32,000 bases of DNA from a cyanobacterium endosymbiont of Braarudosphaera bigelowii (GTDB lineage: Bacteria; Cyanobacteriota; Cyanobacteriia; Cyanobacteriales; Microcystaceae). The stretch lies in the NCBI RefSeq assembly GCF_020885515.1, contig NZ_AP024987.1, forward strand, positions 960,001 through 992,000. The letters are read 5' to 3'. The translations under genes were made by a program, and so were the position numbers. The stretch's first letter is position 1; the number at the start of each line of letters is the position of its first letter. Below the pieces are notes generated by a model that worked only from the letters and a program-made list of their open reading frames with translations, had not been told where the DNA came from and did not search any database. Below, piece after piece: positions 1 through 10,049 of this stretch.

Positions 1-1016
1 TGTTACTTGTAGTTAATAAGTGTGAATCCCCTGAATATGGCTTGATACAAGCAGCACAGTTTTGGGAGTTAGGGTTAGGAGAACCTTATCCAATTTCAGG
101 AATTCATGGAAATGGAACAGGAGAATTTTTAGATAAACTTATTTTAAATTTACCATCTTCTAATAGTATATTTAATACTGAAGAAATAAATGTTTCTATT
201 GTTGGACGTCCTAATGTAGGTAAATCAAGTCTTCTAAACGCATTCTTAGGAGAGAATAGAGCTATTGTTAGTCCTATCTCTGGTACTACAAGAGATACCA
301 TTGATACAGTTGTAGAACGCAAAGGAAAAGTTTATCGTTTAGTTGATACAGCAGGAATTCGTCGTAAAAAGAATGTTGAATATGGGGCTGAATTCTTTAG
401 TATTAATCGAGCCTTTAAGGCAATCCGGAGAGCAGATGTAGTGTTACTAGTTATTGATGCTATTGATGGAGTCACAGAACAAGATATTAAGCTAGCAGAT
501 CGTATTATTGAGGAAGGAAGATCAGCAATAATTGTTGTCAATAAATGGGATGCTGTGGAAAAAGATGCTTACACTATTTATTCACATAAAAAAAATGTAA
601 TGAATCGATTATATTTCATGGAGTGGGCAGATATTATCTTTATTAGTGCAAAATCAGGACAACGCATTGAAAAAATTTTTCCTCTTGTAAATACAGCAGT
701 AAAAGAGCATCGTCGCCGTATTAACACTTCTGTAATTAATGAAGTTTTGGAGGAAGCTATAAGATGGCATTCTCCTCCTACAACAAGACAGGGAAAGCAA
801 GGTAAAATCTACTATGGAACTCAAGTATCTAATCAACCTCCAACTATCGTTTTATTTGTTAACGATCCTAAAAGATTTAATGATAATTACCGACGGTATA
901 TAGAAGGTCAGTTTCGTCAACAAATTGGTTTTTCTGGAACTCCTATTCGCTTGCTCTGGAAAGGTAAAAAAATACGAGATGTTGAGTCGAAATTGGACCA
1001 TACGGTTAAGATTTAA
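1..1016 (+). CDS. der: GTPase Der/EngA, 3' portion (gene starts upstream of the window)
   Basis: The frame is open to the left edge ([14 protein letters not shown]... before the listed TTG). The second G domain has [26 protein letters not shown] and VVNKWD motifs, followed by the C-terminal KH-like region ([12 protein letters not shown]). Typical of Der/EngA. Confidence 0.95.
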   Translation, partial: LLVVNKCESPEYGLIQAAQFWELGLGEPYPISGIHGNGTGEFLDKLILNLPSSNSIFNTEEINVSIVGRPNVGKSSLLNAFLGENRAIVSPISGTTRDTIDTVVERKGKVYRLVDTAGIRRKKNVEYGAEFFSINRAFKAIRRADVVLLVIDAIDGVTEQDIKLADRIIEEGRSAIIVVNKWDAVEKDAYTIYSHKKNVMNRLYFMEWADIIFISAKSGQRIEKIFPLVNTAVKEHRRRINTSVINEVLEEAIRWHSPPTTRQGKQGKIYYGTQVSNQPPTIVLFVNDPKRFNDNYRRYIEGQFRQQIGFSGTPIRLLWKGKKIRDVESKLDHTVKI

Positions 1017-1017
1017 A

Positions 1018-1046
1018 AATTAAGATGATTTTTTATCATCTTAATT
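1018..1046 (+). terminator. 12-bp perfect hairpin 3' of der (AATTAAGATGAT-TTTTT-ATCATCTTAATT)
   Basis: Inverted repeat beginning 2 nt after the der stop. No U-tract follows; the function is inferred. Confidence 0.55.
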
Positions 1047-1195
1047 AACTTCTATAAACTTTAAATACTTAGTATTTATTAAATATGCTTATTGTTAATA
1101 TAAGATTTTTTAAGCAACAATTTAGTAAATGCAATTGTTTTGAGATAATGAAGAGGATTGAAATTATTTTATGAAGTGTGTATGAGGAGAAATTT

Positions 1196-2722
1196 ATGAA
1201 ACTTGCTTATTGGATGTATGCTGGACCAGCCCATATTGGTACCCTTCGTATTGCTAGTTCTTTCCATAATGTTCATGCAATTATGCATGCACCTCTTGGT
1301 GACGACTACTTTAATGTTATGAGATCTATGTTGGAAAGAGAAAGAAATTTTACCCCTGTTACTACAAGTGTAGTAGACCGTAATGTTTTAGCTCGCGGAT
1401 CTCAAGAGAAAGTTATTGATAATATTGTTAGGAAAGATCAAGAAGAAAGTCCGGATCTTATTGTCTTAACTCCTACATGCACTTCAAGTATTCTGCAAGA
1501 AGATTTAGGTAATTTTGTAGAACGTGCACAGATGGATACAAAGGGAGATGTTATTCTAGCTGACGTTAATCATTATCGTTACAATGAGTTGCAAGCAGCT
1601 GATAGAACTTTACATCAAATTGTAAAATTTTATCTAGATAAGGCAAAGAAAAAATGTGAATTGGCAATTGAAAAAACGGAAAATCCTTCTGTTAATATAA
1701 TAGGTATATCGACTCTTGGTTTCCATGCTAAGCATGATTGTACTGAATTACAAAAATTAATGAAAGATTTAGGAATTACTGTAAATATTATAATTCCTGA
1801 CCAGGCATCAGTTCACGATTTAAAAAATCTAACTAAAGCATGGTTCAATTTAGTTCCTTACAGAGAGTTAGGATTAAGTGTTGCCAAATATTTAGATTCG
1901 GAATTTGATATTCCCTATGTTGATATAACACCGATAGGAGTTGTTGAAACTGCAAAGTGTATTCGCAAAATTCAGCAAATAATCAATACACAAGGTAAAG
2001 ATGTAAATTTTGAAGATTATATTAATAAGCAAACATTATATGTTTCTGAAGCGGCATGGTTTTCAAGGTCCATTGATTGTCAGAATTTGACTGGTAAAAG
2101 AGCAGTGGTTTTTGGTGATAACACTCATGCTGCAGCTATGACTAAAATTTTAGCTAGAGAGATGGGAATTCATGTTGTCTTAGCTGGCACATATTGTAAG
2201 TATGATGCTGAATGGTTTAGAGAACAAGTTGGCGATTATTGCAGTGAGATATTGATTAGTGAAGATAATGGTGAAATTGCCAACACGATAGCACGCTTAG
2301 AACCTGCTGCAATATTTGGAACACAAATGGAGCGTCATGTTGGTAAAAGGTTGAATATTCCATGTGGAGTAATTGCATCACCAATTCACATTCAGAACTT
2401 CCCTATAGGATATAAGCCTTTTGTTGGATATGAAGGAACAAACCAAATTACCGATTTAATTTATAATTCTTTTACACTAGGAATGGAAGATCACTTACTT
2501 GAAATTTTTGGGGGACACGATACTAAAGAAATGATTACTAAAGGAATATCTAACAATTCTGATTTAGCTTGGAATAAAGAAGCACAAGTAGAATTAAATA
2601 AAATTCCTGGTTTTGTACGTGGTAAGGTAAAGCGTAATACAGAGAAATTTGCTCGTGAACGTAACTGCTCTGAAATTACACTTGAATTAATGTATGCAGC
2701 CAAAGAAGCAGTTGGAACTTAA
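1196..2722 (+). CDS. chlB: Light-independent protochlorophyllide reductase subunit B (DPOR)
   Basis: [48 protein letters not shown] is the characteristic ChlB/BchB N-terminus. The listed GTG at 1178 is probably too early; ATG 1196 is preceded by GAGGAG. Confidence 0.96.
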   Translation: MKLAYWMYAGPAHIGTLRIASSFHNVHAIMHAPLGDDYFNVMRSMLERERNFTPVTTSVVDRNVLARGSQEKVIDNIVRKDQEESPDLIVLTPTCTSSILQEDLGNFVERAQMDTKGDVILADVNHYRYNELQAADRTLHQIVKFYLDKAKKKCELAIEKTENPSVNIIGISTLGFHAKHDCTELQKLMKDLGITVNIIIPDQASVHDLKNLTKAWFNLVPYRELGLSVAKYLDSEFDIPYVDITPIGVVETAKCIRKIQQIINTQGKDVNFEDYINKQTLYVSEAAWFSRSIDCQNLTGKRAVVFGDNTHAAAMTKILAREMGIHVVLAGTYCKYDAEWFREQVGDYCSEILISEDNGEIANTIARLEPAAIFGTQMERHVGKRLNIPCGVIASPIHIQNFPIGYKPFVGYEGTNQITDLIYNSFTLGMEDHLLEIFGGHDTKEMITKGISNNSDLAWNKEAQVELNKIPGFVRGKVKRNTEKFARERNCSEITLELMYAAKEAVGT

Positions 2723-2755
2723 ATTTATCCAAAATTGATATAGATCTCATAAATA

Positions 2756-2792
2756 AGTTACTAAAACATAAATTAGTTATGTTTTAGTAACT
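2756..2792 (+). terminator. 16-bp perfect hairpin 3' of chlB (AGTTACTAAAACATAA-5 nt-TTATGTTTTAGTAACT), no U-tract
   Basis: Perfect inverted repeat read directly, 34 nt after the chlB stop. The terminator role is inference. Confidence 0.5.
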
Positions 2793-2961
2793 ATATACTA
2801 CTAGTGTCGCCCACTAAGTAGAATAAAAAAGCTTAAAAAGTTATTTATAGCCTAGATAACACATGACAGTATTTATGTATAAAAGTATATACATAAATTT
2901 GAATTCTATTGAAATAGAAGAGCAGTCTATTATAGTTTTGCAATGATAGTAGATTAATAAT

Positions 2962-3492
2962 TTATTTTAAAATTCTTACTGCGATAGTACTTGTATTAAA
3001 ATTATAATCCTTACCTTCTAATTCAATTTTAGTACCAATTTTAATTTTTTGCTTTCCGACAACTGCTCCTGTATCCGTAAGTTGTGCATTTCCTTTCAAT
3101 GTCAAAATCATGTCTTGGAAAAATATAATTTCTGGCCTTGGATCAGGAAGAGCTTTTACAGAACCATCAGGCTGAGGAACTGCTATAGTTCTAGGAAGTG
3201 GTGTAATCTTCCTGATTTCAAATTCTCCAGCAGGTTGATGACGAATTACGATGTTGGTAACTTTAGTTTTTTTAAATTGATTAATGAAGGAATTTGGATC
3301 ACCTACTCCTAGGCCTCTCACGATAACATCAACTTCAATTGGGGTTCTAACAACTTGAGCGATAGTGCTTGTTCCAGACTTATTTGGAACAATAAAAATA
3401 CTAACAATAGCTAAAATAATAGCTAATCCAGCTCCCAGATCTAGAATGCTAATTCTTCCCAGTAAACGACCTTTAGAATCTAATAGTTCCAT
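2962..3492 (-). CDS. Conserved cyanobacterial DUF4330-like protein
   Basis: 176-aa ORF with N-terminal LLDSKGRLLGRISILDLGAGLAIILAIVSIFIVP (membrane anchor) and a conserved-looking soluble region. The family name is from memory. Confidence 0.75.
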   Translation of the reverse strand: MELLDSKGRLLGRISILDLGAGLAIILAIVSIFIVPNKSGTSTIAQVVRTPIEVDVIVRGLGVGDPNSFINQFKKTKVTNIVIRHQPAGEFEIRKITPLPRTIAVPQPDGSVKALPDPRPEIIFFQDMILTLKGNAQLTDTGAVVGKQKIKIGTKIELEGKDYNFNTSTIAVRILK

Positions 3493-3581
3493 AAATATAT
3501 CCAGTTGCTATGAAAAAAAAATTTATTAAAGAGACGAAATATTGAAGGCAAAATATCCCTAGTCTTTAAATAAAGTACAAA

Positions 3582-4874
3582 TTATTTATATATTTTCAAA
3601 AAATTTTTTCTTATCCTAGATGCCTTTTTAAAACAGTTTATATATTGTTGGTAACCCTTAGAAAAAACAATATTTAATTTGAGAGGATCATCTTGAAGTT
3701 TATCCATGCCATTTATAGTGATGTTTTTACTTTTATGAGAGCTGATTTTTAATGCTTTATGATTCCTAACTTCTCCGGTACTACTATTAACATAAGCAAT
3801 AATATTGCGTTTATTAAATCTTTCGCCTATTAACTGAATTAATTCTAAAAAATTTCTATCACTACCTCCCCTAACACAACTGAATTTACCACAACTTTCT
3901 ATAATTTCATTAGTAACTGTATCACCCACACCTATAATAGTTGGAATATAAGAAGGATTAAAGTGATCTCTTATCAAAGATAATATTTCTTGCCTGGTTG
4001 TCGGTACTTGTTTAAAATTAAAATCTTTTCCTAAAGGATAATCACCAGTTTTTTTGTACATATAATTATTTAAAATTAATAACACTCCAGCCTCTTTTGT
4101 AGCGTCCTTTAGCATAAATTGAAAATCGGTTGTCCCAGAACTTTTATCTTTAGCAAATTGTATAATTTCTTGTCCTTGTTCATCTTTACCTAAATTAGCT
4201 GTGCAATGTATAGAAAAAGAATTATATAAATCTTCTTGTTGAGCTTTTTTCAACAATTTATACATTAATTGATAAGTAAATTTTTGTAATTTTATATAAT
4301 TATCTGTTTGTTGACTTAAAAGATCATACAATATATTGAGGTTAACAGTAGGAGATACCTTGTTATATAAAACTGTTTTTTTTATTGACTTTCTTATTGT
4401 CTCTTCACTTAAATTAAAATTATTTTTAGAAAAAAACTTTATAAAGTTTTTTTGAATATATTCAGGTACTGAAGCTAAAAAAAACAATTCTTTTTCACTT
4501 ACGCCTGGATAAGTAACATCTCCATTAGATTCTTGCCATTGTGCACTTCCTGCTGCTAATCCTGGTAAATATAATTTTTTATCTTTTACTAATTTAATTT
4601 TATTTTGGTAAGCTTTTTCTATAATGAAGTTAACTCCATTTTTTCCTATATGTTCTCCATTTGTTAGGACATAAAAATGATCTTTGAATATTTGTACAGC
4701 CTCTACATACTTTTTATCTATAGTTCTAGCTGAAGGTTCCTTTACTAATTCCATACAAACTCCATCGAGGTCTTGAATTATAAGTAAATTTGACTCACTA
4801 GCTAATTGTTTAATAAATTTTTTATAGTTGAAAAGTGAAGAATATTTGTCGAGTTTTAATGATGAAGTTGACAT
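3582..4874 (-). CDS. stpA: Glucosylglycerol-phosphate phosphatase-like protein (salt-tolerance protein StpA family)
   Basis: LLIIQDLDGVCMELVKEPSARTIDKKYVEAVQIFKDHFYVLTNGEHIGKNGVNFIIEKA matches the StpA N-terminal phosphatase motif as I remember it. The length (430 aa) fits. Confidence 0.82.
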   Translation of the reverse strand: MSTSSLKLDKYSSLFNYKKFIKQLASESNLLIIQDLDGVCMELVKEPSARTIDKKYVEAVQIFKDHFYVLTNGEHIGKNGVNFIIEKAYQNKIKLVKDKKLYLPGLAAGSAQWQESNGDVTYPGVSEKELFFLASVPEYIQKNFIKFFSKNNFNLSEETIRKSIKKTVLYNKVSPTVNLNILYDLLSQQTDNYIKLQKFTYQLMYKLLKKAQQEDLYNSFSIHCTANLGKDEQGQEIIQFAKDKSSGTTDFQFMLKDATKEAGVLLILNNYMYKKTGDYPLGKDFNFKQVPTTRQEILSLIRDHFNPSYIPTIIGVGDTVTNEIIESCGKFSCVRGGSDRNFLELIQLIGERFNKRNIIAYVNSSTGEVRNHKALKISSHKSKNITINGMDKLQDDPLKLNIVFSKGYQQYINCFKKASRIRKNFLKIYK

Positions 4875-5061
4875 AATATCTTAAAGTATAAAATCATGTT
4901 AACAATAATAAATTTTAAAACAGCGATTAGTTTTGTTTTTTTAATTTCTTCTAACTTTTTGTTAATACTAAAAATTAAAAGAAATACAGTTAATTCAACA
5001 AACTATATAATATTTTAAATTATTTTGAAAAAGTTATTGTGTAGAATTGAGTAAATAATAC

Positions 5062-6030
5062 TTATTTTTTATCATTTAAATAATGAAAATACTCTTTATT
5101 TAAATGAAGAATCTCTATTATTAATTTAGAGACAAAAGGAAAAATTTTCTTGTTTGCACTATTTTTGTTCCCCTCTATAAACATCACAAAAAGGAAGGAA
5201 GGTAAGCCTGGTACTCTTATATATGCTGCATCGTGGCGAACTTGACTAGTCCATCCTGCTTTTGACCATAATTCAGCATTCTTAGGAAGACCTTCTCCAA
5301 GAAAACCTGTAACTTGGTTTTCTATTAAATCATTACTAGAAACAGTATTGACTGTTCTTTTTAATAAGCTCATCATTTGCAATGACCGTACTAAAGAAAC
5401 AGCTGTACCAGAAACAATATCATGAAACAATCTTGCAACTGCATTAGTAGTTAAAATATTTTGATTTCTTTTAATGTCTCCAAGAAATTCTTTCTCTCTT
5501 CCATAAGGTCCATCAGACCAAGTCTTTTGATTAATATTAATTTTTTCTAATTCTTTCCAGCCTAGTGCTTTAAAATAAATGTTGACAATATTTCGTTTGT
5601 ATTTCCAAGCTAAAAAATTGTTATTAACTAATTCTGGTCCACTATTCGTATTTGTTAAACTATCTATTACTAAACTAGTTGCATCATTGCTAGATTGGAC
5701 TATCATATCATTTATAGAACGACTTAGCTCAGAAGAAAGGTGTACTTTTCCTATTTCTAACCATTGGTGAATAGCAACTAAATAAAATAATTTAACAATA
5801 CTAGCTGGATAAATAGATTCAACACCACGATGATTAAATCCATATATTGAATTTTTAAAAAATTTTTGCGGAAAAACCGATTGTTTATTTTTAATAGTTC
5901 TTGTTTTTTTATAAAGAATCCAAGTAAATGAACACTGTTCAGCATTAAGCGTGGGAAATCTTACTAAGGTTCTTTCTAAAATTTCATTTCCTAACGATTC
6001 TAAGGTGCTATCTGATCTAAAAAAAGTCAT
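5062..6030 (-). CDS. Serine hydrolase of the class A beta-lactamase-like fold
   Basis: YPASIVKLFYLVAIHQW (SxxK), SSNDATS (S-x-N type) and SKAGWTSQVRHDAAYI (K-x-G-like) occur in the expected order. Confidence 0.75.
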   Translation of the reverse strand: MTFFRSDSTLESLGNEILERTLVRFPTLNAEQCSFTWILYKKTRTIKNKQSVFPQKFFKNSIYGFNHRGVESIYPASIVKLFYLVAIHQWLEIGKVHLSSELSRSINDMIVQSSNDATSLVIDSLTNTNSGPELVNNNFLAWKYKRNIVNIYFKALGWKELEKININQKTWSDGPYGREKEFLGDIKRNQNILTTNAVARLFHDIVSGTAVSLVRSLQMMSLLKRTVNTVSSNDLIENQVTGFLGEGLPKNAELWSKAGWTSQVRHDAAYIRVPGLPSFLFVMFIEGNKNSANKKIFPFVSKLIIEILHLNKEYFHYLNDKK

Positions 6031-6074
6031 AGAATTATTCTCATTATTTTGCCGACATAATATTCAATTTTCTT

Positions 6075-6989
6075 TTATACTAATTTTGATAAAATTAAAC
6101 TTACTGATAATAGTATTCCATTGAAAAAGTGAAATTTAATAGCTATAAACTTGCTATTTTTTACATTACTAGCTTGATTGTGATATTTTAAAACATGACA
6201 TACAAGTTGATAAGCGATAGGAAAGCTAAGTAAGCTTAAAAAGGTCCAGAAAGATAATATTTTTAATATTGGAAATAATAATACTAAAAACATTAAGAGA
6301 ACAGTTATTATTGTTAATACTATAGATCCTAATTCTGTGCCAAGAAATACGATTGGTGATCGTTTTCCTGCAGAAAAATCATCCTCTATTTGATGAAAAT
6401 GAGAACAAAATAAAATAATAGATGTACTAATTCCAATCAAAATTCCAGATGCTAAACTTATAATGGAGAAATGTTGAACTTGAGAATAGTAAGATGCTGA
6501 CACTGCCATTGGGCCAAATGTGATAAAGCATATAATTTCACCCAGCCCTTTGTATCCTAGCCGAAAAGGTGGGCCTTGGTAACTATAACCTAAAATACAA
6601 CAGACAGTTACTATACATAATACTGTTAAGTCTTTTTGCCACCAAGAAATTAATATAATTCCCACAATACCTAGGATCAAAAATATATTAGACAACCAAA
6701 ATATTAGAGATTTATTTTTAGTCAAATTAACAATAGAGTGGGCTTTGTTTTTATCAATTCCTGTGTCAGCATCAAAAATATCATTACTAACATTTATCCA
6801 AGCAATAATTAAAATAGAAGATATTAAAAAGGTAGTAAAAATTCTAAAATTGAATGTTGAAATATTCTCGAATGCAGCCGAACTTCCTACAATTATCGGA
6901 ATAATAGATACACTGTATACTGGTATTTTAATTGCAGCAAGCCATAATTTTTGTTTAGATGTTAATTTTTTTGTGGATACTATACTCAT
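6075..6989 (-). CDS. menA: 1,4-dihydroxy-2-naphthoate phytyl/polyprenyltransferase (UbiA family)
   Basis: NVSNDIFDADTGIDKNKAHSIVNLTKN (NDxxDxxxD-type prenyltransferase motif), GYSYQGPPFRLGYKGLGEIICFITFGPM and FCSHFHQIEDDFSAGKRSPIVFLGTELGS are MenA hallmarks. It is divergent from a menF-like gene. Confidence 0.9.
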   Translation of the reverse strand: MSIVSTKKLTSKQKLWLAAIKIPVYSVSIIPIIVGSSAAFENISTFNFRIFTTFLISSILIIAWINVSNDIFDADTGIDKNKAHSIVNLTKNKSLIFWLSNIFLILGIVGIILISWWQKDLTVLCIVTVCCILGYSYQGPPFRLGYKGLGEIICFITFGPMAVSASYYSQVQHFSIISLASGILIGISTSIILFCSHFHQIEDDFSAGKRSPIVFLGTELGSIVLTIITVLLMFLVLLFPILKILSFWTFLSLLSFPIAYQLVCHVLKYHNQASNVKNSKFIAIKFHFFNGILLSVSLILSKLV

Positions 6990-7123
6990 AAAATTTCTTA
7001 TTTAGAATAATCTCTATGATATGATTTTCAGAAGAACTGTAATTCGAAATATGTTTAATATTCAAGGCGTGGCATTAATATTAATATTGTACAAAAGTGG
7101 AACAAATTATAAATAAATTTACG

Positions 7124-8575
7124 ATGTCTATTACCCCAATATTTATTCCTAATAGTACTAGCTTTATAAATAACCCATGCTATCTCGAAAATTTATTTGA
7201 GACTTATCAAACAAAGTTTAAAAGTCATGATCAATCAGTCATTATAAGCTTATCTTATGTTATCAATGCAGTTGACACCTTGTCTGTTTTAAATTTTTTG
7301 ACTAACAAAAACAAATCACCCTCTTCATCAGATACAATTTATTTCTATTGGGAGAATAAGGTCAATAATGAAGAAATATTAGGGTATGGTGCAACTCAAT
7401 ACTTTTGTATTGATTCCTCAGATAGGTTTTTTAGATCTAAAAATTTCATTAAAGATTGTTTAATAAAGATTATTAGAATAAAAGAAAAAAAAGAAATAAA
7501 ATCTACCCCTCGCATTTTCTCTAGTTTCACTTTTTTTGAAAAGATCGATGATCCTCATTACCCTTTTCCACCAGCCCTTGCTTTTTTACCTTATGTTCAA
7601 TTAATCAAATTTAAGAACAGTAGTATTTTGACTTTCAATATATTAATTGAAAAGAAAACAGATATAAAGCAAACAGTTTTTAATATTTTAGCTACAAAAA
7701 AATCAATTTTATCTTTAAAGGCATACCAAAATAAAAAAAGAAAATCAAAAGATATAGATCGCCTTGATATTAATTTAGCAAAAATTCAAAAATTCAAGAA
7801 TTCTGTTAATTTGATATTGAAGTCTATAAAAAATAATGAATTTAAAAAGTTAGTATTAGCTGATTTTTTAGATTTAAAAAATTCTGTGAATTTTTCTATT
7901 CCTAATTGTCTAGATAATTTGCGTTTCCACTATCCAGATTGTTATGTTTTTGCAATTAATAATGGAAAAAATCATTGTTTTATTGGAGCCAGCCCCGAAC
8001 GATTACTCAGCATCAAAAATCAAAAACTGATAACTGATGCTTTAGCAGGTTCTTCTTCGAGAGATAAAGATAAATACAAAGATTATTACCTGTCCCAGAA
8101 ACTTTTAAAAAGTTATAAAGAAAGATATGAGCATCAAGTAGTAATTAAATATATTGTGAAAAGTTTATTAAATATAGGTCTAAGTCCAAAAGTTCTTCCT
8201 CTTAAAATTTTAAAATTGTCTAATATACAACATCTCTGGACTCCGATTTATAGTAAATTAGAACTTAATATTCATCCTATAGATATAGTTGCTACTTTAC
8301 ATCCGACTCCTGCTGTTTCTGGTTTTCCTACAGCTATAACTTGCAGAAAAATTGAGCATTATGAACAATTTATACGTGGACTTTACGCAGCTCCTTTAGG
8401 TTGGATTGATTCTAATAAAAATAGTGAATTCATTGTAGGTATTCGCTCTGCTCTTATTTCTCATAATAATGCTAGAGTGTACGCTGGTGCTGGTATTGTT
8501 AAGGGATCTCAATCAGAACAAGAGCTTGCAGAAATTCAATTAAAATTTGAAGGATTGCTTAAAGCATTATCTTAA
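7124..8575 (+). CDS. menF: Isochorismate synthase (MenF/EntC-like, chorismate-binding enzyme)
   Basis: C-terminal chorismate-binding motifs: FIGASPERLLS, LAGSSSRDKDKYKD, HLWTPIYSKL, ILHPTPAVSGFPTAITCRKIEHYEQFIRGLYAAPLGWID, YAGAGIVKGSQSEQELAEIQLKFEGLLKAL. Start probably ATG 7124 rather than GTG 7097. Confidence 0.9.
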   Translation: MSITPIFIPNSTSFINNPCYLENLFETYQTKFKSHDQSVIISLSYVINAVDTLSVLNFLTNKNKSPSSSDTIYFYWENKVNNEEILGYGATQYFCIDSSDRFFRSKNFIKDCLIKIIRIKEKKEIKSTPRIFSSFTFFEKIDDPHYPFPPALAFLPYVQLIKFKNSSILTFNILIEKKTDIKQTVFNILATKKSILSLKAYQNKKRKSKDIDRLDINLAKIQKFKNSVNLILKSIKNNEFKKLVLADFLDLKNSVNFSIPNCLDNLRFHYPDCYVFAINNGKNHCFIGASPERLLSIKNQKLITDALAGSSSRDKDKYKDYYLSQKLLKSYKERYEHQVVIKYIVKSLLNIGLSPKVLPLKILKLSNIQHLWTPIYSKLELNIHPIDIVATLHPTPAVSGFPTAITCRKIEHYEQFIRGLYAAPLGWIDSNKNSEFIVGIRSALISHNNARVYAGAGIVKGSQSEQELAEIQLKFEGLLKALS

Positions 8576-8633
8576 ATCAATTTTAAAAACCTATAATTAA
8601 ACTATATATCAGTATTTAGTTATGAGTTGGATA

Positions 8634-9128
8634 CTAGTGAAACTCGTAATAGCTAAGTAAACCACATCCAAATCCACCAAAACAGGTAATAAATAAATTA
8701 ACTATGATTTGATATCTTGAAATATTAAATTTCTGCATTTCTAATTTAGCTAAAACTGTACTACAAATTAGTAAAAATATTGTAGAAACATTTACAATCC
8801 AACGTAATAAAAAAACTGTTATGAGTGACCACAAGAAAACAGTTATCATAGCTTTACTGTCTGATTTAAAACTACTTCCAAAAACTACAGTTAAGATGGC
8901 ATCAGGATTAGATAATCCTATAATAATTAAGAGGATTATCAAGACTGCTATTAAGTGTATCAATAAAAAAAACGTTTCATTTTTTATTGACAGACCATAA
9001 GCGTTGACTTTTTGCCCTAGCCAATAACTCCAATCAGAAGCTGAACTTCCTAAATACCAACCAAAAGAACAATATGTAAGTAAAATGATAATTAAAGACA
9101 AAAAAGGAAATTTAATTAATCTTTTCAT
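8634..9128 (-). CDS. Conserved cyanobacterial multi-pass membrane protein of unknown function
   Basis: 164-aa ORF with about four hydrophobic segments. Codon usage matches neighbouring genes. Confidence 0.6.
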   Translation of the reverse strand: MKRLIKFPFLSLIIILLTYCSFGWYLGSSASDWSYWLGQKVNAYGLSIKNETFFLLIHLIAVLIILLIIIGLSNPDAILTVVFGSSFKSDSKAMITVFLWSLITVFLLRWIVNVSTIFLLICSTVLAKLEMQKFNISRYQIIVNLFITCFGGFGCGLLSYYEFH

Positions 9129-10049
9129 AGTTCTAAACTAGAATTTATATATTGATAAATAAAATACAAATTTTTTAAATAGATAATACTAAGATACTTA
9201 GAAATTAAGCTTAAATACAAATATTGTAGATAAGTTAACTTCAAAAACAATTAAATTAACAGCAAAGATACAAAAAAACATATTTAATTAGTATCTGTAG
9301 ATTTATCTCATTCAAGAAACTTCAACATAGATATATTAACTAATAAAGCACTCTACATTTAGTAATTCTTTAATACTTATCTTATAAATTAGATTTTGAA
9401 AACAACGGTTATTTACTTTTTTAGTCTATGTAAATTAACAAGTAAATATGTATACGTGAACTATGATGTTTTATATACATATATTTAATGAATGGAACTG
9501 CAGACTTTAGGAAAAGTAGTTTTTGAATATTTATTTTACATTCGTTACAATTTTTTTCCAGTTTTCATATTACTTACTAAGTAGAAGTTTACACAGTTTA
9601 AGTTTTATTTATGATAAATTTAATATGCTAAATAATAAAAAATATTGGTAAAGCCTTTAAAGAAAAAATGGTAGATATATCGATTAATCTTTATTTTTGC
9701 CAATATCTTTGAAAGAGAACTAATGTTTTAATTTAAAGTACTTTTAAAAAAAGCAAAGTTACTCTTATTTGATAAATATATGATTTTAAACGTAATCTTT
9801 TAAAACTTACTCTGTGTAAAATTAGGAGACAAATTAGTAATAAACAGAATAAATCTAACTTTATACTTTATTTATTTTAAACTATGAAATTAAATAGCAC
9901 AGATATTTTAGATTTTATTTATAAGGACTTTTTTTACATGTATTGCTATTACTAATTAATAAATTTTTTAATGCGAATAATTAATTTAATATACAGTAAA
10001 TACAAGTAGTTGTTAAACCTTATATAATATTGGTATTTAGTGAGTAGCC

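Noticed and set aside
104-322. Antisense ORF of 72 aa inside der
   Set aside because: Lies entirely opposite a conserved GTPase gene; no family features. The same applies to 332-541, 654-836, 2491-2703, 19636-19830 and 26877-27098.
3049-3312. 87-aa ORF antisense to the DUF4330-like gene
   Set aside because: Opposite a well-formed conserved CDS, with a low-complexity-looking translation and no ribosome-binding site support.
5579-5770. 63-aa ORF antisense to the serine hydrolase; 6745-7005 opposite menA and 16039-16236 opposite ctaA are similar
   Set aside because: Shadow ORFs over conserved genes.
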